A DNA stretch of 64,000 nucleotides from Yuukianura sp. NJ FZ-2021. Taxonomy: Eukaryota. Where the stretch lies: assembly GCA_046563655.1 (NCBI GenBank), contig CM102284.1, positions 868,001 through 932,000 on the forward strand. Direction: 5' to 3'. The notes beneath the pieces are model-generated. The model made no database searches. It saw nothing but the letters and a program-made list of their open reading frames with translations, and was not told where the DNA came from. The position numbers were made by a program, and so were the translations under genes. Shown in pieces: positions 12,347-22,679 of this stretch (positions within the stretch are counted from its first letter, which is position 1; every line of letters begins with the position of its first letter).

Positions 12347-13337
12347 CCGCTTTGCGTCAGAACTCTACTCCAAAACTTTCGCGCCTTTCTTTCAAAAAAT
12401 TTTTCTGCGCCAAGAAAATCAAAAAGCAAACAACGGTTGAATTGAATAAAAAAGTTATCCCTTGCCCGTCACTTCTTTTCCTTCCACTCTACAATTTAAC
12501 AAATCAGATGGTTTAGATTAAGTAAATTCTACCATCACTAAACATTGACAATGGTCATTGATGATTATTCAGTGACCGAAATGCTTTCAGTGTTCATTGA
12601 CTATTTCTAAGTGACGGAAGAAACTTTTCAGCGTTCACTGCTGATTCTTCAGTGGCGATCCAAAACTTCTCAGTGATCACTGCTGATTCCTCAGTGGCGA
12701 TCCAAAACTTCTCAGTGATCACTGCTGATTTTTCAGTGGCGATACAAAACTTCTCAGTGATCACTGCTGATTCCTCAGTGGCGATCAAAACTTCTCAGTG
12801 ATCACTGCTGATTCTTCAGTGGCGATCCAAAACTTCTCAGTGATCACTGCTGATTCCTCAGTGGCGATCCAAAACTTCTCAGTGATCACTGCTGATTCTT
12901 GAGTGGCGATCCAAAACTTCTTAGTGATCACTGCTGATTCTTCAGTGGCGATCCAAAACTTTTCAGCGTTCACTGCTGATTCTTGAGTGGCGATCCAAAA
13001 CTTCTTAGTGATCACTGCTGATTTTTCAGTGACCATCAAAACTTTTCAGCGTTCACTGCTGATTTTTCAGCATTCAGCGAGAAATTTTAATTAACCACCC
13101 ATGATCCTTCAGTGACCCTGACCACTAAAAACTTTTCAGTGACCATCAAAAGTGTTTAGTGGTCACAAATGATTCTTCAGTAATCACTGGAAGATCACCC
13201 CTGTGTAACAAAGCAGAGCTGTGAACGGGAACATTTTGGAAACTTTGCCTTACTTCAACTTTTTCTCACGTGACACTTTTTTTCTTTCTCTAAAAACAAA
13301 TTCAAAAGTTTTGGAGTAGAGTTCTGACGCAAAGCGG
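12347..13337. mobile_element. TA-flanked non-autonomous TIR element (Tc1/mariner-like) carrying a minisatellite
   Basis: Perfect 33-bp TIR CCGCTTTGCGTCAGAACTCTACTCCAAAACTTT at 12347 and its reverse complement ending at 13337; TA at 12345-12346 and 13338-13339. Confidence 0.85.
12620..13072. repeat. 42-bp minisatellite, about 10-11 copies
   Basis: Unit AAAACTTCTCAGTGATCACTGCTGATTCCTCAGTGGCGATCC repeated head-to-tail; contains the palindrome CAGTGATCACTG. Confidence 0.95.
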
Positions 13338-13509
13338 TACAATTAAGTTCATATGGCGCTTAAATAGTTTGAAAAATGTTTTTAGATGCTCATAGAAAAG
13401 TTGCGAAATGTGAAAAGCGGACATTCCACAACAAAATAAGAATTGAAAATAATCAATTCTTTTTTCATTAAATTATGATATTTGAGATTTATGGTCCAGT
13501 GGAATGGTC

Positions 13510-15488
13510 CTACATGATCAGACATGTGACAAGTTTCTCAACACAAAATTGCCACACGACCAGACTCGTTGTTTTGTCAAAGAATCTACCGTCAGCCATG
13601 TTGAGCTGATACGGTGCGCACGACTTCATGTACATTCTGAGCCACCGTGATCCACCCCTGGGCATGTATTTCAGTTGTCCAAAAAGTTCTTCTGATCTGA
13701 TACGTGGCTCGGAGAGGAGCTTAAAGTGAACTTGAATTAAAATAGACGAGTCAATGAATAACAGGGCAAAGAACGTGTAGAGTTCCCACGGGAGTGTATT
13801 GAACATGCGAATGACAGCGAACATAGCTACGATGTTTGCCACCAACCACATCCCCAACACGATCTGCATGAATGGAAACTTCCAGTAGGCGTTGTTCTCA
13901 TTGTTAAGGATTTGAATACTCCGAAATTGTGTAATCGCATCTTCATTCCCTTGTCTCAACTCCCTAAAACACACGAACAACGTCTCATACGTCAAATAAT
14001 ACAGTGAGTGCCACGAAAACCTGCACACCAGAAATCTGTTTCCCTGGCAACAACTAAAATTATGGAGGCGGAAACGTAACTTTTGCGCTGAAAACCTTGA
14101 ATCTGTTGCAAAATTATCATTTCGGCTGTTTTCATGAAACCATTTTCCCCCCACAATTTAGCAAAATAAACAAAAAGCTGCTTTTGAGGTGTGCAGGTTT
14201 TCGTGGCACTCACTGTATATTATAATGTACGAGGTGTGCCAGCAGAAAGTAAACGCTCAAAAACAATCTGTGTGTTTATATGAGTAAATGTGAGGGGGAA
14301 ACCGTAAACCAGCAACAAATTCTATGCGTATACTTTTTGGTGGCACACCCTGTACAATGTCATACTTTTTTAACTCGAAACTATGCTTTGTTTTTCTTAA
14401 CGCATTAGTGCATTTGAACAAATGCAATATAGGCGCTATAGCAACCTTGGTATAATGTAAGACAGTAATGGGCACGAAGTGGAACCTACCAAGTTGAAAC
14501 AATGCTATGCCAAAAGTATGCGTCTGGGTGGGAATCGAACCCACGCCTATCTCCATTACGAGGAGCGTGTTCTGTACACTGAGCATCCAAGACCCCTTTG
14601 GCATATTTTACTGTCTTTCCCTGTACTGCAGGCTCTCTGTCCCGTCACAAATGGATCCTAATTAATAAATAAAAGAAAATAATAATTTAAAAAGAAGTCT
14701 CACCGATTAATCACTTCTATTTTCCTCGAAGCTACAAGACCCGGATAAACCAGCACCATCCAACCAACGCCAATGTACAATGAAATATTTCCCCACCAGT
14801 AGTACGCTTCAATTAGCATTCCCAGTATTTGGAAATATACGTTGGGCCCAGTTCCATTCCAGTCAGGGCACTCATCTGTGGTTGCAACGTATGATGTTAA
14901 CAGGAATGTCATGCAAGGTTTCCAGAGCTCAATATATCCGTGGGAACTTGGCATGAACCAAAGACTAGTCCAGGCCACTATGACGATTGCCAAGAAATAT
15001 TTTCTCACATATCCCGTTTCCTTGAAACTTTGCTCCATTTGGAATGGCCAAAGAATCAGCTGTTTCATGCTATTCATTCTTGTAAAGTAAAAGCAGGAGA
15101 GCGGAACAGAACATATTGCAAGAGCAGAATAGTAGAACATGACCAATTTCTTGCCTGTTAGTTCTGCTACGGTTTCAGTTGTTTCATGATTACGAACCGC
15201 CCAGAACCAGTAGCATCGGAAGCTGCTATGAATGAGCGATATAGTCAAGAACGCAATGAAATGCATCTTGGATACAACCTTGCTGTACGGCAGTAACCGT
15301 AAGGTTACGGTATCCAGGCGAAATGGGAACATTTGCAACTTAAGGTCCATTTTCAACAGACCTGCGCAGATGCCCAAATACTTGGAATTTTGGCGTCGTT
15401 CTGTATTAAAAAACAGAATAATAGTGGTATAATAAGAAATCCAGTCCAGGATGTGCCGTTTCAAATATTTGGCGCCTTTAGAATACAT
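13510..15488 (-). CDS. Divergent 7-TM chemoreceptor (GR-like), 2 exons, ~412 aa
   Basis: Exons 15488-14704 and 13963-13510 (phase 2); C-terminus SCAPYQLNMADGRFFDKTTSLVVWQFCVEKLVTCLIM. Confidence 0.7.
14002..14215. mobile_element. TA-flanked MITE (Tc1/mariner-like) in the GR intron
   Basis: 28-bp TIR CAGTGAGTGCCACGAAAACCTGCACACC / GGTGTGCAGGTTTTCGTGGCACTCACTG with TA on both sides. Confidence 0.9.
14230..14352. mobile_element. Small degenerate TA-flanked MITE
   Basis: TA-CGAGGTGTGCCA...TGGCACACCCTG-TA imperfect TIRs, with inner AAAGTAAACGC / GCGTATACTTT. Confidence 0.6.
14522..14593 (-). pseudogene. tRNA-like sequence (pseudo-tRNA or SINE head, possibly Thr-CGT-derived)
   Basis: Minus strand GTCTTGG...GCTCAGTG...CTCGTAA...GTGGGTTCGATTCCCAC-CCAGAC; good T-arm and a 6/7 acceptor stem, but irregular D and anticodon arms. 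Confidence 0.55.
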
Positions 15489-16353
15489 TGTTGCTATACA
15501 ACCTTCAGTTAAAAACTCCGTTTCACAGTGCTAAGTCACACAGTTTTGTTTAAGCTGCTTCTAAATTTTAAACAATGTTGATTTCATTTGGTGTTTAATT
15601 GGCAGTTTAGGTTTAGTTTTAAGTTTGGAAATCAATACCGTCGTAGTGTGTGCTCTCGGTATAGGTTACTCAAATTGGCAATTACCCTAACATTAGCATT
15701 AAACAGTAAACCAAAAGTATGGTTTGAATTTGGATTTTGATTAGTAATTCAGTCCGGAACGGTTAAGAGTACTGAAATTTTAAATTTCCCGGGACCTCCA
15801 GCTCCTGAGCCTATCAAAAGTACAAGGAAACATAATGGAGGGAGTTTAAATATTCCTTACTGACGCGAATAAGCCTAACTAATATGTGCTAATATGTGCT
15901 AATAAGTGCTTATGGAAATTCAAGTTCGTTTTTATCAAATTTCACTTTAGCACTCAATTTTTAAAATTTATGGCCAAATGTAACTATGTGATGCCAGTTT
16001 TCTATGAAGCATAAACCATGCAAGAAATTTATGGCGGTTCGATCCGGAATTTTTAGCACGCTTCGAGTGATTGGCTCGAGTGAAACTTTGAGCTAACGAT
16101 GATGAGGTCAACAGGGTCAATGTCAAATTTGTTTTTTTAGAATGAACTTTGGCACAAGTTTTGACATTTTGGACTAAAAATGAAGTCAAAAGTGTCCAAG
16201 GTTCGTTATCAACCAAAACTATTTCGAATGTTTTGATTAGACACACTGATTATCATTAAGATACCAGCGAAGGTAAAAACAACGAAATTTTTTGAAATCA
16301 ATTCAATCGACCTTCAATTTAAAAAATTTGAACCTTGAAAAATTCTAACCAAA

Positions 16354-19301
16354 ATGCAGGCACAACAGTGTTTCCATTTGGTTCTCCTGCTTGGCGTTTT
16401 CGGCTGCATTGCGCATGCGAGTCCTGCACATCGCTTGACACGTCAAGGGTTCCACGACATTGTGCAAAGACATGCACCAATGGCAGAACGACCTGGAATG
16501 CTCCAAAACTCAGACGCTAATCTTACAGTCGTAAGTTGATACTGGCTATTAAAAACTCCAAGATTTTGCTATTTTCATTTTGGAAGTTCAAAATTTGATA
16601 ATTTGAAATTTTGAACCTCATCCTGAGTTTTGATATGAGTCGAATGTTTCGGAATTAGCCCGAGATGGTTCGGAAGTATGGTTACCCGTTAGAGGAGCAT
16701 GAAGTGATTACTGAAGACGGTTATATTTTGACGGTACACCGAATTCCGTACGGAATCGCCGAAGGTGCAGGACCAGCTCCGAACAAACCCGCAGTTTGGC
16801 TACAACACGGTATCTTGTGCGACAGTTCCAACTGGATTATGAACAACGAAAACAAGGCTCTTGGTAAACATGAGCATAACATGCAAGAAAATTTAGGGAA
16901 AATTTTTTTCAAAATGGGTTGGTGTTTTCTAAAATTTGAAACTGTCGTGTAGCCTACATTCTTGCCAATTTGGGTTACGATGTTTGGTTGGGAAACGCCC
17001 GTGGAAACACGTACTCCAAACGCCATGTCTCACTCAACCCAGAAGAAAATTCTGACAAAGCAGAATATTGGAAATTCACGTACTTTGTCAAAATTCAAAT
17101 TAACAGTGTTTTGAAAAAAAAATATAATTTTTCCATAATTTTTTTTTTGAAATTGTAGTTGGCATGAGATGGGCAAGTATGACGTTCCAGCTGTACTCAA
17201 CCACATTTTGACCACAACAGGACAAGATGACATTTACTACGTCGGACACTCCATGGGCACAACCATGTTTTTCGTAAGTCCACCATTTTTTATCTTTTCA
17301 ATTGTCATTTCCAATTGCTGTCAATTGCTAATCTTATCTATTGCAATACTAATGCGGAGATGTAAGTCCGCGTCGGCATTGTTACCCATCGTTTATTCTC
17401 TAAATGTCAACTTCAAATGCTTGTTTTTTGAAATTTCACATGAAAGCCCGAACTAAACCCACAAAAACGTGATACCCTTTGTGGTAACATTATCGTGAAA
17501 CTTCTGAGGCTCCCGGAGCGCCAAGTGTCCAAGATAGGATTCCAATTTTTGAAAAATAGAATTAATTAAATTTTTCAAAAATTTGGAATTTTTGTTTTTT
17601 TAATTAAAAACCGAAGCCTGGGAAATTTCAAAACCTCTACTTCTGAGGAATTCTGGAAACAATGGCTATTTTGACACTATGTGTAATGGGAATTTTCGAT
17701 TTGTAAATTATAGTTTCTCTATTTTTAAAAGGCACTTTTTGTTTTCCTTGTATTTTCGACGCTTATGGAAAAACTCAGTTTTTGCAAAACACTTTCTCCA
17801 TTGTATACAAATTTACAAAAAATTCATCATGTCTATATTGACTGGAATTGTTTTAAAATTTGAAAAGTTCCTTCTAAAAATAGACAAACTATAGAAAAGG
17901 ACCCTTTAAAAGAAAATACGCTTATTAGTTAGAGAAAGTATGATGATTGCGCGTGGCTGTGGCGAGCCCCAGCAGGCATGCTTAGCAATCTAGTCTATTA
18001 CTAATTACCACTTCGCACGCGAATTGTTGAAAATAACACTTCAACTAAATGCGCCTAACCTAACATTTGATAATTTTGCCTTTTAGGTGGCCATGTCCTT
18101 GAACCCTGCTCTCAATGACAAAATTCGGCTGATGTCAGCTCTAGCTCCTGTCGCTTACTTTGACTACGCAGAGTCACCATTTATGATAATTGCTCCACTT
18201 GTCGACCAGATAGAAGTAAATATCCAAAATATGAAAATATACTATTATTAATATATTAATTAACTAATATAAATGTATTTTTACTAGTGGCTTTTGACGA
18301 TTATGGGGGTGTATGAATTTATGCCAAACAGTGCTTTTATGCAACTGATTGGACAGACGGTGTGTCTGGAGGAGAGTCCAATTAACGACCTTTGCTCAAA
18401 CGTCCTGTTCTTGATTGGTGGATTCAACGCAGATCAACTCAATGAAACCGCCGTACCCATCATTCTCGGTAAGTTACAAAAACTTTTTTTTTGTCCAAGG
18501 CTGCAATAGCAACAAAATAAGTCTCTTTTAACAGGTTTGGCAATAAGTCCTATTTTCCAAAAATCTCGCCCCAAACAATTTTTCCCGCCAATTTTCCGCC
18601 AACCCCATTTGATTACATATAAATCAGTTTTACTACTTTTTTAAGAAAATTTAAAAAGTTCGAGCTATTGCCTAACCTGTTGAAGAACAAACTATTTTCT
18701 TGTTTACGTACTTTGGTTTTGCCAACCATAAAACTTTGGAGCCGAAGTTATACTTTTGGGCGGTCAAAACTGATTGAAACTAGCCAATTCTGTGCAACTA
18801 AAATTCGTTTTTGAATTTTACATTTATCATCATTAGTTTAAAAAAACGAGTAAAGTCAAGAAAATTTTTTGCATTTTAGGACACACTCCTTCTGGAACTT
18901 CTACGAAAGCCATGATTCATTACGCTCAACTTCGAAATTCCGGAGTTTTTGAACAATTTGACTTCGGTACAAAGCAGAATTTAGAAAGATACGGAACGGA
19001 GAGACCGCCAGCCTATGACTTCAACAACGTCAAATGCCCTGTGGCCATGTACTGGGGAGCCAATGACTGGCTGGCTGAGTAAGGCCGCAAATTTCAAAAA
19101 TTTGTTCGTTTTTTCAAAAATTTTGAAAATTTAACTTTGTATAGCGAGCGCGATGCTTACCACATTGCCGAACAATTGCCGCAATTGGTCCGAAAACACC
19201 GAGTGCGACATGACATGTACAACCACTTGGACTTCCTTTGGGCAATTGACAACCACCTTCTCCTTAACAACGAAATTGTTAAGTACATTCAAAAATACTA
19301 A
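16354..19301 (+). CDS. Secreted acid lipase, copy 3, 8 exons, 5 residues shorter at the C-terminus
   Basis: Exons 16354-16530, 16659-16863, 16953-17079, 17159-17273, 18087-18215, 18288-18468, 18880-19078, 19145-19301; catalytic motifs intact; TAA at 19299 where paralogs have GAA. Confidence 0.93.
17337..17993 (+). mobile_element. Non-autonomous Helitron in intron 4 of lipase copy 3
   Basis: Starts A|TC, ends CTAG|T, with a GC hairpin (GCTGTGGCGAGCCCCAGC) ~20 bp from the 3' end and no TSD; removing it restores the copy-1/copy-4 intron sequence. Confidence 0.8.
18496..18715. mobile_element. CAAGG-family MITE, degenerate
   Basis: CAAGGCTGCAATAGCAAC...AACAGGTTTGGCAATAAG / TATTGCCTAACCTGTT...GTACTTTG; flanks TTTTTGTC / GTTTTGCC resemble a decayed 8-bp TSD. 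Confidence 0.65.
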
Positions 19302-19515
19302 GCCGCCAAACCTTAAAATTTTGTTCAACAAATTTCAAACACGGTTCTGTCCGGGTTTGATGATTTTTTCAATAATTTAATATATTTAATAAATAATAAA
19401 TTTACATTTGAAAAATAAAACGAACATTACACCGTTAATAAAAATTAAACTTTTTGGGATATAGCCGCCTTTTGTATTGCTTTATCTTCCGAGAGTTTGT
19501 AGGCTTGGGATAGAG

Positions 19516-19590
19516 ATAGCTCAAGGGTTAGAGTGCTTCCCGGATATAAGAGATGATGGTTCGAATCCCACTCGGTTCATTAGTTTTTTT
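19516..19590 (+). repeat. tRNA-derived repeat
   Basis: TAGCTCAAGGGTTAGAG (A box) ... GGTTCGAATCCC (B box), then a T-run. Confidence 0.65.
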
Positions 19591-19974
19591 GCACTCTCGT
19601 TTGTTATCTCGCAAGTCATGTGGCCCATGAACGTCACATAACGGGAGAAGTTCTAATGTACAAGGATTTATCTGTTCTAATCTCGCAGTAGCTGAACTAC
19701 AAATTTTATCATACACAACTTATTCTAAATTGGATCGATTGGATTAAGTTTAACTAAACATAACTAACCTTGATTAACCTTAGCTCAGGAAAACCGATTA
19801 TCAGAACACAGGCAATGATGATAAGTATATTTTTTAGATTGAAATTTTGCATATGTTATGATTAGCCATTGATTATCATTGTGATACGTCTCAAGGTAAA
19901 AACCACCAAATTTTTCGAAATCAAATCCAACTCCAATTTCAGAAATTTAAAACAAAAAATTTACTTTAACCAAA

Positions 19975-22078
19975 ATGCAGGCACAACAGTGTTTCCATTT
20001 GGTTCTTCTGCTTGGCGTTTTCGGCTGCATTGCGCATGCGAGTCCTGCGCATCCCTTGACACGTCAAGGGTTCCACGACATTGTGCAGCGACATGCACCA
20101 AAGGCAGACCAGCCTGGAATGCTCCAAAAGTCAGACGCTAATCTTACAGTCGTAAGTGGACTTTGAAATCTCCAACTTTTTTGAAATTTTGGGACTTCAA
20201 AATTTGAAAAAGTGAAATTTTGAACCTTCTGAGTATTTATCTGAGTCGAATGTTTCTGAATTAGCCCGAGATGGTTCGGAAGTATGGTTACCCGTTAGAG
20301 GAGCATGAAGTGATTACTGAAGACGGTTATATTTTGACGGTACACCGAATTCCGTACGGAATCGCCGAAGGTGCAGGACCAGCTCCGAACAAACCCGCTA
20401 TTTGGCTACAACACGGTTTATTGTGCGACAGTTCCAACTGGATTATGAACAACGAAAACAAGGCTCTTGGTAAATCCGAATATAAACCACTCCAAAATTT
20501 CAACAAAATCAAAATTTCGGTTTAGTGTTTTCTAAAATTTGAAACACTCGTATAGCCTATCAGCTTGCCAATTTGGGCTATGATGTTTGGATGGGAAACG
20601 CCCGTGGAAACACCTACTCCAGACGCCACGTCTCACTCAACCCTGACAAGGATTCAGAATTTTGGTATTTCAGGTAATAAAGTGTCAAAATTGATGTTAT
20701 AACCTATCCTTTTCAAAAAAAAATTTCATAATTTTTTTTTTTCGAAATTTCAGTTGGCACGAGATGGGCAAGTATGACGTCCCTGCTGTTCTCAATCACA
20801 TTTTGACGACAACAGGACAAGATGACATTTACTACGCAGGACACTCCATGGGAACAACCATGTTTTTCGTAAGTCTACCATTTTTTATCTTTTCAATTGT
20901 CATTTCCAATTGCTGTCAATTGCTAATCTTATCAATTGCCAATTGTCAATTCTTACCAAAATAGCTGTCAATAACATGTTAGCAAACTGCGCCTAACCTA
21001 ACTTATGATGACCTTGACCTTTGACCTTTAGGTGGCCATGTCGTTGAACCCTGCTCTCAATGACAAAATCCGCCTAATGTCAGCTCTGTCTCCCGTCGCT
21101 TACTTTGACTACGCCGAGACACCACTCATGCTCATCGCTCCATTTGTCAACCAAATATGGGTAAAGATAGAAAATATTAAAATAAATTATTATAAATACA
21201 TTAATTAAATGATATAAATATATTTTAATAGTGGATTATGGAGTTTATGGGGATCGATGAATTTATGCCGACGTCTGCTCTTATGGAACTGCTTGGACAG
21301 ACGTTGTGTAATGTGGAGAGTCCAATTAAGGAACTTTGTGCCAACGTTTTATTCCTGATTGCTGGATACAATGCAGACCAACTCAACCAAACCGCATTAC
21401 CAATCATTCTCGGTAAAGACAAAAATTTTCATTTTTTTTTTTTTTTGAAAACTGAAAATTTCAAAAAAAAATTGATTCAGAGTTGTAGCTTTGCCGGAGT
21501 ATGGCGTTTGGTAACTGTATAGATCAGATTGTGATAGGTCAGGGGTTAGAGCTCTTCCTGGATGGAAAAGAGATGTGTGTTAGTGAGTTCGAATCCCACT
21601 CGGTGCTTTATTTTTTACACACATTTTTGATACATTTTTAGGACATACTCCTTCTGGAGCTTCCACGACATCCCTCGTCCATTACGCTCAAATCCGAAAT
21701 TCCGGAGTTTTTGAACAACTTGACTACGGTAAAAAAGAAAATCTAGAAAGATACGGAACAGAGAGACCGCCATCCTATGACTTCAACAACGTCAAATGCC
21801 CTGTGGCTGCCTACTGGGGAGCCAATGACTGGCTGGCTGAGTAAGGTCACAAATTTCAAAAATTCATTCATTTTTACAAAAATTTTGAAAATTTGACTTT
21901 GTGTAGCGAGCGTGATGTTTACCACATTGTGGAACAATTGCCCAACTTGGTCAAAAAGTACCGAATTCCACATGACTTGTACAACCACTTGGACTTCTTG
22001 TGGGCAATGGACAACCACCTTCTGCTCAACGACGAAGTTGTTAAGTACATTCAAAAATACGAAGCCGAAAAACTTTAA
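19975..22078 (+). CDS. Secreted acid lipase, copy 4, 8 exons
   Basis: Exons 19975-20151, 20265-20469, 20556-20673, 20754-20868, 21032-21160, 21232-21412, 21642-21840, 21907-22078; GHSMG, NDWLA and YNHLDF intact. Confidence 0.95.
21535..21617 (+). repeat. tRNA-derived repeat in lipase copy 4 intron 6
   Basis: TAGGTCAGGGGTTAGAGC...GAGTTCGAATCCCACTCGG plus T-run; same family as 19516. Confidence 0.6.
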
Positions 22079-22679
22079 AATTCTGGTAAAAAAATTTGAA
22101 ACACAAAGCGTTATGCCTAAAATCGACATCAATTTTTTCTGGTTTTGAAGAATTTGCTGATTTTTCGATAAGGTTAAAACTTTTATTGATAATATTAAAA
22201 AGTTTGAAAAATGACATGAACATTAATGAAATTTCAAAGTTAATTTAATACAAAATTGTCACGAAATGAACATCATAAAATTTTCAAGAGAGGAAAAAAA
22301 ATTCTAAATGCTTAGCACAAAAGGTCAAAGGTCAACTGCAAGGTCAATGTGAAAGTGAACATGCTTATGCTAATAGTGGTCAAAATTTACCAACCGTGTT
22401 AAATTTTTTTCCAGAATTTGCTTCCAACTATTTTAAACTCATTAATTAATATACATAATTTAAAAACTTTGACCTAAGAAAAGCTAGGATTAGACAATAA
22501 ATTCTCACGTGATAAAAATGCAACACGAAAGAACAAAAACTTGTGAAGGTCAAAATTTAGTTTTCACTTTACTGTGCTACATTGAAAACAGTATGCAGAT
22601 AGACATCTACCCACCCTACTCTATGTAGAAAGTTTCGAAATTTTGAAAAGTTCAAAAAAAATTCACTTCATAGAAAAAG

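Noticed and set aside
12594-13039. ORFs encoding IATEESAVITEKFW repeats
   Set aside because: By-product of a 42-bp (3n) minisatellite inside a TIR element; the frame is broken by a 1-bp deletion near 12786 and there is no gene context.
13964-14154. N-terminal extension of the 214-aa ORF 13510-14154
   Set aside because: It runs through intron and MITE sequence; the real exon starts at the acceptor at 13963.
14522-14593. Functional tRNA gene
   Set aside because: D-arm and anticodon stem are irregular and the acceptor stem has a mismatch; treated as a pseudo-tRNA/SINE head.
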